The notes under the pieces are model-generated. The model was not told the origin of the DNA. It ran no database searches and was given only the letters and a program-made list of their open reading frames with translations. From a virus, in the IMG/VR virus record IMGVR_UViG_3300049216_000067: 64,000 bases of DNA; one strand, 5' to 3'. How positions within the stretch are numbered: the stretch's first letter is position 1; the number at the start of each line of letters is the position of its first letter. Made by a program: the position numbers and the translations under genes. Below, one piece after another: positions 6,284 to 12,744 of the stretch.

Positions 6284-6367
6284 TGGTGGCTCTGATGGGA
6301 TTTGAACCGCATAGCCTTCTGGTTTGATGCTATCTAACCTGACGCTCTACTATTGAGCTACAGAACC
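6284..6367 (-). ncRNA. tRNA-like RNA with enlarged anticodon loop
   Basis: Acceptor GGUUCUG/CAGAGCC, ACCA; GGUU-AGAUAGCAUCA-AACC arm. Confidence 0.6.
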
Positions 6368-6372
6368 GAAAT

Positions 6373-6447
6373 TGGAGCGGAAGACGAGACTCGAACTCGT
6401 ATACTCTTGGTTGGAAGCCAGGGGCACAGCCTTTGTACCACATCCGC
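6373..6447 (-). tRNA. tRNA-Gly(UCC)
   Basis: Cloverleaf, U73 CCA. Confidence 0.9.
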
Positions 6448-6453
6448 ATAAAT

Positions 6454-6528
6454 TGGTACTCCGTAGGGGTGTCGATCCCCTTCCTACGCCTTGAAAGGGC
6501 GTCGATCTAGCCGGTAATCTAACAGAGC
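6454..6528 (-). tRNA. tRNA-Glu(UUC)
   Basis: Cloverleaf, CCA. Confidence 0.88.
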
Positions 6529-6722
6529 ATAATCCGATATTTTAGCGTCGGCTTTAGCGCATTTTTGGGGCAGACCTAAGTCTAACCACTCCACCATCTA
6601 GTTTTTGAAAACTAGAAAATTAAAATGTGATCTACTCACCCTCTCACCATACTGAACCGAGAGAGGCTACGAAATGGTTCAGCCTGGATAGCTACTTGTA
6701 GATCTTTGCTATCGTATGATCG

Positions 6723-6798
6723 TGGTCAAGGTGGCGAGACTCGAACTCGCGATTCCATGCGCCCAAGGCATGTGGTATAGCCGCTAACCGACACCCTG
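6723..6798 (-). tRNA. tRNA-Pro(UGG), second divergent copy
   Basis: Cloverleaf, CCA. Confidence 0.9.
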
Positions 6799-6904
6799 AA
6801 AATATATTGAACCGGTTACGTCATCCGGTGTTGCTTGCGGCAACCGTAATGCCCACTCCTGCCGGGTGGTGGGCTGTCTCTACCCGCAAGATAGAGACTT
6901 TGTT

Positions 6905-6983
6905 TGGTGCCTCCAGCGGGAGTCGAACCCGCAAGTAACCCGCGTTTTAAGTGCAGTGCATATGCCAATTCTGCTACAGAGGC
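6905..6983 (-). tRNA. tRNA-Leu(UAA), short variable loop
   Basis: Cloverleaf, CCA. Confidence 0.85.
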
Positions 6984-6987
6984 GATT

Positions 6988-7083
6988 TGGTAGTCCCACC
7001 AGGACTCGAACCTGGATCATGCGGTAATCTGCCGCCAAAGCCACTTTATAAGGGTGGTGTTTTAACCATTAAACTATAGGACC
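6988..7083 (-). tRNA. tRNA-Ile(UAU) with long variable arm
   Basis: Loop CU-UAU-AA; variable arm GCGG-CAGAUUA-CCGC; CCA. Confidence 0.82.
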
Positions 7084-7088
7084 GAATT

Positions 7089-7179
7089 TGGTGGTGCATC
7101 CAGGTAACGATCCTGGCTAGGCTTATTAGGCTCACCGGTTTTACAGACCGGTCCCCATCCTTAAGGGTTTTACTGCACC
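7089..7179 (-). tRNA. tRNA-Tyr(GUA)
   Basis: Long variable arm, CCA. Confidence 0.85.
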
Positions 7180-7186
7180 ATAATTT

Positions 7187-7261
7187 TGGACCCGCTGGCC
7201 GGATTCGAACCGACGTTCATTGAGGTAGAAGCTCAAGGCACATCCTCTATACCACAGCGAG
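7187..7261 (-). tRNA. tRNA-Arg(UCU)
   Basis: Cloverleaf, CCA. Confidence 0.9.
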
Positions 7262-7593
7262 ATTATTTCTTTCTTCGTAGTGTACGATAGCGTGACAATT
7301 GGCACGCAGCACAACGCACTTCGCGATTTCTTCTTTCATCCTATGAATTGAATAGCCTTGCTTATGCATTTGGCTAATTTCAATATCTTTTTGTGATGGA
7401 TCAGAATGATGAAATTGCAATGTTGCCGGATGATTTTGTCCACATTTAGCGCACATTAAATTTTTTTGAATTCTTGAATCCATTCTTTCAATATAGATCG
7501 TCTTTCTTTGATTTTAGAGATTGCATGTTGTTGGTTCTTAGCGTACCAATCTCTACGAGATTGTCTGACTTTTTTTATATTTCTTATCGACAT
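7247..7593 (-). pseudogene. Small HNH-family endonuclease, frameshifted in an A7 run
   Basis: MSIRNIKK...EWIQEFKK joins CAKCG..LQFHH..ANCH frame if one A is added at 7461-7467. Confidence 0.65.
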
Positions 7594-7595
7594 GA

Positions 7596-7629
7596 CTCCA
7601 AACCTTATTTTGTTGTTTGGAGTATTTAG
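7596..7629 (-). promoter_or_regulatory. Late promoter plus RBS-occluding hairpin
   Basis: CTAAATA followed by CTCCAAAC-N11-GTTTGGAG ending 2 nt before ATG. Confidence 0.6.
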
Positions 7630-7706
7630 TGGCAGGTTGTGACGGTGACGATCCGCCTTTGATAGTTTTGGAGACTACGGTCTTAGCCAACGTAGACGAA
7701 CAACCC
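7630..7706 (-). tRNA. tRNA-Trp(CCA)
   Basis: Cloverleaf, G73 CCA. Confidence 0.88.
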
Positions 7707-7712
7707 ATAAAT

Positions 7713-7787
7713 TGGTGCTCTCACTCGGAATCGAACTGAGTTCTCAGGCTTACAAAACCCGTGCATCGCCAACAATGCTTTGAGAGC
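7713..7787 (-). tRNA. tRNA-Thr(UGU)
   Basis: Cloverleaf, CCA. Confidence 0.9.
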
Positions 7788-7827
7788 GTAACGACGGTTC
7801 TCTACTCTAGTACCGACAACACGTATT

Positions 7828-7901
7828 TGGTGGACCGTGAGAGAATCGAACTCTCAATAGTGACTTGCAAGGCCACTGTTATCCCATTTAACTAACAGCC
7901 C
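7828..7901 (-). tRNA. tRNA-Ala(UGC)
   Basis: G3-U70, CCA. Confidence 0.92.
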
Positions 7902-7907
7902 AAATTT

Positions 7908-7983
7908 TGGTGGGTCCGCAGGGATTTGAACCCTGATCGTGCTCCTTAAGAGGGAGATATAATAGCCGTTATACGACAGACCC
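7908..7983 (-). tRNA. tRNA-Lys(CUU)
   Basis: Cloverleaf, CCA. Confidence 0.9.
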
Positions 7984-8048
7984 GAATAAGACCATAACAA
8001 TCCGCGCCAGGGTGAAGCGTTTCTAATGTTATGGATAAAACCCTGCAA

Positions 8049-8119
8049 GATCCTTGACAGGAATTGAACCTGCTTCTCCCGATTCAAATTCGGGCGACTT
8101 ACCGTTTGTCTTCGAGGAC
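8049..8119 (-). tRNA. tRNA-Gln(UUG)-like, no encoded CCA, possibly degenerate
   Basis: CCCGA-AUUUGAA-UCGGG, good T arm, one acceptor mismatch. Confidence 0.6.
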
Positions 8120-8250
8120 AGATCTTTTTTACGTGTTAGTCTCACGATCCGGACTCGGACATTAGGATTCAATAATGGAACTGTTGGCACATACGATGAC
8201 GAGTCGATGTTTAGGTTGTCAGCCTTAGTCAACAGTTCCGCGTTAATTTT

Positions 8251-8322
8251 CTCCAGCACAAGGAATCGAACCTTGCCACAAATCGTTAACAGCGATCCCG
8301 CACACCTTGCGCGTCTACTGGA
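8251..8322 (-). tRNA. tRNA-Asn(GUU), no encoded CCA
   Basis: U1-A72, G73, loop CU-GUU-AA. Confidence 0.85.
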
Positions 8323-8340
8323 ATAAATCGAAAATAAAGT

Positions 8341-8467
8341 GCGGGTGTCCTGGGCCACTAGACGAAGGCTCGCCGGTCGCGTGCGTGAGCACTTGAATCT
8401 CGGTACGTTTTCGAGAGCCGGTATAGATGAACCTGTTGGATTCGAACCAACGTTCCCCGCGTTAGAG
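8341..8467 (-). ncRNA. Circularly permuted tRNA-like element (3' half precedes 5' half; CUA anticodon loop)
   Basis: 8467-8427 = anticodon loop, GCGGG, T arm, AGGUUCA; 8372-8341 = CGAGCCU, D arm, CCCGC; both cross-stems pair. Confidence 0.75.
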
Positions 8468-8643
8468 TTTCCCTGCTTTACATCGTGTTTCCCTAATAGG
8501 TACTTAACAATGCTGGACACGTTTTAGTCCAACCTGATTTAGGTGGTGAGGGCGACCAAGGTCATTCAATGGAATCCAAAGAATGCTTGAGAAATTGATG
8601 CTGGCTTCACGAGTTTCCTCGACGGATTTCCAGCTTCCAAAGT

Positions 8644-8675
8644 AAAAAGGCCACGCTTTGGCAAGCGATGGCCTT
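8644..8675 (-). terminator. Intrinsic terminator-like hairpin upstream of tRNA array
   Basis: AGGCCAUCGCUU-GCCA-AAGCGUGGCCU then U run. Confidence 0.6.
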
Positions 8676-8832
8676 GTAATCTTGTTCCAGCGGTTCCATG
8701 GGAAGGAGTGACCGCGTGCCTAGCGTGCAAGAACGTTGCACGAGTTGCGTAGTGGAAGCGGGGATACAGCTGAACCTCTTCGGTTCGAAGGCTTATCTGC
8801 CTGAGATACTTCTACTACCTCTAATGCTTACT

Positions 8833-8874
8833 ATCTTAGATTATTTAATCTTTAATAGCAAGTCTCATATTTAT
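8833..8874 (-). promoter_or_regulatory. Tandem promoters for RNA region (ATAAATA late-like; TTGCT-ATTAA-N13-TAAGAT)
   Basis: Motif matches in AT-rich intergenic DNA. Confidence 0.55.
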
Positions 8875-8916
8875 CTTCTAATTTCGAAAAGACTAACTAT
8901 TAAGAAAATTTATTTT

Positions 8917-9099
8917 CTAATAGTCATCCTCTTCATCAAAATCGTGATCCCCTAGAACGTCGTTCATTGTAAACCGTTGACGACGATATGGTTCTTTTGG
9001 AACACGGACCTCATTACTACGAGTCTTGGTCTTTTTGCTGCCACGATTTTGTCGTGACGGCTTAGTGAAATCATCTTTGTCTTCGTCTCTAAAAGCCAT
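8917..9099 (-). CDS. Hypothetical protein
   Basis: ORF, co-oriented. Confidence 0.55.
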   Translation of the reverse strand: MAFRDEDKDDFTKPSRQNRGSKKTKTRSNEVRVPKEPYRRQRFTMNDVLGDHDFDEEDDY

Positions 9100-9100
9100 A

Positions 9101-9325
9101 TTAGTGCTTTACAGGACCTCCGATTCTAGCCAAGTCTTCTGCCTCCTGAGCCATAAATCCAATTAAAAATCGTACAAACTGCTTATCTTCCAATTTTTCC
9201 AGATTCTCTGGTTTGATGTAAGCCCATGATTGTCCTACATAAACACAATAAGCCTTTAAGGTCTCATCGTATCTGAAGAAACAACCGAGTTCTTCCACAA
9301 GGTTAGATGCGTCTGTAACTTCCAT
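9101..9325 (-). CDS. Hypothetical protein
   Basis: ORF, co-oriented. Confidence 0.55.
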   Translation of the reverse strand: MEVTDASNLVEELGCFFRYDETLKAYCVYVGQSWAYIKPENLEKLEDKQFVRFLIGFMAQEAEDLARIGGPVKH

Positions 9326-9357
9326 GGTTGATATATTAAAACACTTCTAATCTAAAG

Positions 9358-9858
9358 TCAAACAGTTTCTGTTCCGGCAGGATAATGCTTCTTTTGAGGG
9401 GCAACTGGGGCTGTCGGCGTTCCCGGTGCCTTACAAACTACGCTAGCAATACTAGCACTTCTAGTTCCTGGCGTAATTACAATTGTGTCATCTGGGTTTA
9501 CATCTGAAGCTAAAATTTTACCGTCTCTGTCAAATATGTAGATGTACAAATAGGTGCTCTTCATAGCAACACAATCAATTTGCTGTTTTGTAACTACAAC
9601 TTCTACTTCGTCATCTCTCTTGGTAACAAGAGAAATAAAGAAACTAGCTTTACCATCAACAAGCTTAATACTTGTGACATCAATAATTAAAACACCATTA
9701 GAGTCCGTGTAGAGCGGAAAGAACTTATCGTTTCCATTCGGAACGGCATCCTTAGGCAATTCTTCGATGGTCTTAGCGGTAGATTCTTTCTGGACATGAC
9801 CTTGAGCGATTCCGAAACTAAAAAGCGAAATTAGAGCAAATAAAGCTAGTGTTTTCAT
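9358..9858 (-). CDS. Secreted protein, surface-adhesin E-like
   Basis: Signal peptide; IDVTSIK, QIDC, TPGT...VVC pattern. Confidence 0.55.
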   Translation of the reverse strand: MKTLALFALISLFSFGIAQGHVQKESTAKTIEELPKDAVPNGNDKFFPLYTDSNGVLIIDVTSIKLVDGKASFFISLVTKRDDEVEVVVTKQQIDCVAMKSTYLYIYIFDRDGKILASDVNPDDTIVITPGTRSASIASVVCKAPGTPTAPVAPQKKHYPAGTETV

Positions 9859-9890
9859 GTGGAATCCTCAGGGTTATTAAGTATATATGA

Positions 9891-10214
9891 TCATCGACGG
9901 TTCTTGTAACGTTCCTCTAATTTTTTAACATTAGCACGAATAATTTCCTGCCCTTCGATCCCATGACGATAAGCAATCATCATCAAATAATATTGAACGT
10001 CACCTAATTCCTTGATCAACTTTTTCTTGTCAACTTTAGTGACAGATCCTTGATCACGCTGCGCTTTTTTAAGAAGTTCTGTGACTTCACCGGCTTCACC
10101 TGGAAGACCTAAAGACATGACAAAGTCATCAGCCAAACTTAATTTCTTTTTCTTGTCAGTCCACATGCTTGCGACCCAAGCCTGGTATTCATTCAGAGTC
10201 ATTTCTTTTTTCAT
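9891..10214 (-). CDS. MazG-like nucleotide pyrophosphohydrolase
   Basis: LGLPGEAGEV..KK, KELGDV.YY, NVKKL..RY. Confidence 0.85.
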   Translation of the reverse strand: MKKEMTLNEYQAWVASMWTDKKKKLSLADDFVMSLGLPGEAGEVTELLKKAQRDQGSVTKVDKKKLIKELGDVQYYLMMIAYRHGIEGQEIIRANVKKLEERYKNRR

Positions 10215-10489
10215 GTGTGACGCACCTTTGGTTTGAATTTCATATAACTATCACGCTTCTTCATGCTGGCCTCACCTAATCGATATAATTTTTCTTCCTC
10301 TTCTGGAGAAATTTGCATTTCTTCAAACAACATAGCAACTACGGCTATAACATCCATGATTTCTTCTTTGAGATGAGCAATTCTTTCAGGTGTTTCACCA
10401 AAACGCATGATCTTGCTTTTAGCTTTAATGACCTCTGAACATTCCTCGGCCAAACATTCCATCAATTCTTCTTTCGCATTGTGAATCAT
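10211..10489 (-). CDS. MazG-like (all-alpha NTP-PPase) protein
   Basis: EECSEVIKA..K..RFG, EEIMDV. Confidence 0.7.
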   Translation of the reverse strand: MIHNAKEELMECLAEECSEVIKAKSKIMRFGETPERIAHLKEEIMDVIAVVAMLFEEMQISPEEEEKLYRLGEASMKKRDSYMKFKPKVRHT

Positions 10490-10530
10490 GTAATCTCCAT
10501 AATTGAATCAATATTCTGCGCTATAGTTTC

Positions 10531-10866
10531 TTAAGACACAACATTCATAACATGAATGCTCCACAGATCAACAATAATTGTGATGCCAACAAGTCCCCAT
10601 AGCGCATACACAACAAAATCTCTAGTTCTACGATTTGAACGGTAGTAAACCAATATAACCGCGCCAAACAATGCCCATAAAGTAAAAATTTTCCAAGCTA
10701 ATAGCACCCAGACAGTTTGAAACACTGTAAGTAACCAATGATCTATTGGATTGGCTTCGGCATCAAATCCAGCAATTGAAATGATGTTTCTTGTGATAAA
10801 AAAATCAATGATGAAAAAGAAAGCTAATGACAACATTGCCGTAACGTATTGTCGAGCTATATTCAT
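10531..10866 (-). CDS. Membrane protein (DUF5658-like)
   Basis: Three hydrophobic helices, D..T and EANP motif. Confidence 0.6.
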   Translation of the reverse strand: MNIARQYVTAMLSLAFFFIIDFFITRNIISIAGFDAEANPIDHWLLTVFQTVWVLLAWKIFTLWALFGAVILVYYRSNRRTRDFVVYALWGLVGITIIVDLWSIHVMNVVS

Positions 10867-11135
10867 AGTCCAACCGGATTTTCATTATTGGCTTTAGGGA
10901 CACATTCTACGCGACAGTAGACTGCTGTCGTCATTGGTGGTTTAGAACCAGGTGCCCAATATCGGCTAGATGGGGTAAAAATTGATACTGGCTTACCGTT
11001 TCGGTCGAACCAGCCGGTACTTTCTTCTGAAGTTATATAACAGTTACAATTCACACAAGTCCACACCGTATTTGATGTGGCAACATAACTAAATTCTTTC
11101 ACGTTTATTCCTTTAATTTTCCCATCTGTATGCAC
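10863..11135 (-). CDS. Hypothetical Cys-containing protein
   Basis: CxxC and CxxxC motifs. Confidence 0.45.
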   Translation of the reverse strand: MHTDGKIKGINVKEFSYVATSNTVWTCVNCNCYITSEESTGWFDRNGKPVSIFTPSSRYWAPGSKPPMTTAVYCRVECVPKANNENPVGL

Positions 11136-11628
11136 AGAACATGTTGTAAATACCTTCTGAACGACCGTATGCCTCGACTTCCCAAGGTGAATTGTAATAA
11201 TCCCAATCCATTGTCTTGGATGTTGAAACTAGATACAGCTTGCCGTGAAAGCGAGATTGAATCCCGTTCGCATAGTCAAACAATTCACCATTCAAATACT
11301 GCTTCACATGGACCAATTCGTGTGAAAGCATCACTAGAAAATCGCGCATCCTATAACGCAAACTTCCTGATGATTTGATAGATGATTTGTTGATGTCGAT
11401 TGTAAACTTTCTACGTCCCTTGACTCGACCTTCATCACCCATCCAAGCACTACATTCTTCGAACTCTTCTTGCTGATCAACAGGTAGATCTGAAATATTA
11501 ATAGCAGTAAGTTTAATATCTGCCTTTTTAAGTTTTTCTTTGGACACCAAGTGGCCTAAAGTAAATGCCACAAACTCACGGATATAGGCACGCTCTTCAT
11601 GATTATCTATTCCTTTAATAGTTAACAT
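11113..11628 (-). CDS. Putative zinc metallopeptidase
   Basis: HELVHVKQY and PWEVEAY. Confidence 0.75.
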   Translation of the reverse strand: MLTIKGIDNHEERAYIREFVAFTLGHLVSKEKLKKADIKLTAINISDLPVDQQEEFEECSAWMGDEGRVKGRRKFTIDINKSSIKSSGSLRYRMRDFLVMLSHELVHVKQYLNGELFDYANGIQSRFHGKLYLVSTSKTMDWDYYNSPWEVEAYGRSEGIYNMFCAYRWEN

Positions 11629-11667
11629 CAGGGGTTGCCTCGTATGGGTAATACCCTATTTACGATA

Positions 11668-11973
11668 TTACCCCAAGAGCATTGATTTCGCTGGGGAATA
11701 TTGGAACCCAGCAAGTATTACGGATTTGACCGAATTGACCTTAAAGGATCTCCAATCATTTTCTTCAAGATCCCAGACCACAAATGTGGTTGCTTTTGCA
11801 TCAAGATCTGAAAGGTCCTCAGATTTGTCTGAAACGGTTTTTTCCGGAAGGTAGGCGTTCTGTAGGGTACACTTCATAAACCGCTCTGAGCCGTCCTGCT
11901 TCGTAAATACGACGGTTACCTGAGCATTGCGTAGGAGTTGACCGAGTTGAGAAGCGTTGATCTTGGTGGACAT
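11668..11973 (-). CDS. SH3/WYL-like beta-barrel protein
   Basis: VVFTKQDGSERFMKCT...VWDLEENDWRSFK. Confidence 0.75.
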   Translation of the reverse strand: MSTKINASQLGQLLRNAQVTVVFTKQDGSERFMKCTLQNAYLPEKTVSDKSEDLSDLDAKATTFVVWDLEENDWRSFKVNSVKSVILAGFQYSPAKSMLLG

Positions 11974-12002
11974 AGGATCTCCTTAATAAGTCACCCTATT
12001 AT

Positions 12003-12551
12003 CTACTTTGATTCCTTAATAGTAAAGGCGTATTTGATCAGGTACCAGGCGTCTATTATGTCAGATGTTGGATTGGTTCCTGGCTTTCCTAGAATTGATA
12101 AGTCCGCACCGGTTTCTTTGACGAAAGCTTCGTGCATTTGGATTTTATCAGCATTGCCTTTACCGGTAGCAAATTTTTTCAAGACTGTAGGTGGGACTAA
12201 AAATAATTTGTGATCAAGCGTCCATAGTTTGTGTTTTAGAAGTCCTGTATTTTCACCAATTTGAAACACCATTCCTTTCGAACCCATACTGTAATTTTCA
12301 ATGTAGGTTTCAGCATTGGCAGCTTCCTTGCTAGCAATCCTGATGAAATGGTTACTGATATTGTTGTGACGTTGCTCTGGTGTAAACCAATCAAAATGCT
12401 GAGATCCGATAATCTTACCGTTCAAGAACACATCTTCATGTTTTTTCTTGTCAGAAAGAAACCAGATCTTAGCATTGGCCCATGTGGCATCTGGAGCGAT
12501 GCACATTGCCGGTGAAGTCATAGAGTAATCGAAAGATATCTTATTCGTCAT
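12003..12551 (-). CDS. RuvC-like Holliday junction resolvase
   Basis: FDYSMTSPA, IENYS, KKFATGKGNADK, DIIDA; start reassigned to MTNKISF. Confidence 0.75.
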   Translation of the reverse strand: MTNKISFDYSMTSPAMCIAPDATWANAKIWFLSDKKKHEDVFLNGKIIGSQHFDWFTPEQRHNNISNHFIRIASKEAANAETYIENYSMGSKGMVFQIGENTGLLKHKLWTLDHKLFLVPPTVLKKFATGKGNADKIQMHEAFVKETGADLSILGKPGTNPTSDIIDAWYLIKYAFTIKESK

Positions 12552-12735
12552 CGTCTGAACGATAACTATCAAATTCCTCGTCTTCGTCAGCGTTATCTGC
12601 CTCTTCAATTGTTTCACCACAGAATGCACAATGTGATGGGTCACCAGAGACACCATGCTTAGCAAACCTAATCGTGTATTCTGAGTCACAATTCTCACAG
12701 ATGATGCTGAGACTCTTTTTCTTTTCAATTGCCAT
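12541..12735 (-). CDS. Zinc-ribbon protein
   Basis: CENC...CAFCG, acidic tail. Confidence 0.65.
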   Translation of the reverse strand: MAIEKKKSLSIICENCDSEYTIRFAKHGVSGDPSHCAFCGETIEEADNADEDEEFDSYRSDDDE

Positions 12736-12744
12736 AATTTATCC

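Noticed and set aside
3877-8527. ORFs overlapping the tRNA array (e.g. 4017-4412, 4938-5159, 8029-8520)
   Set aside because: They run through tRNA or structured RNA genes and lack protein-like features
8689-8700. UGGAACCGC resembling a T-box core
   Set aside because: No antiterminator helices or specifier stem could be built
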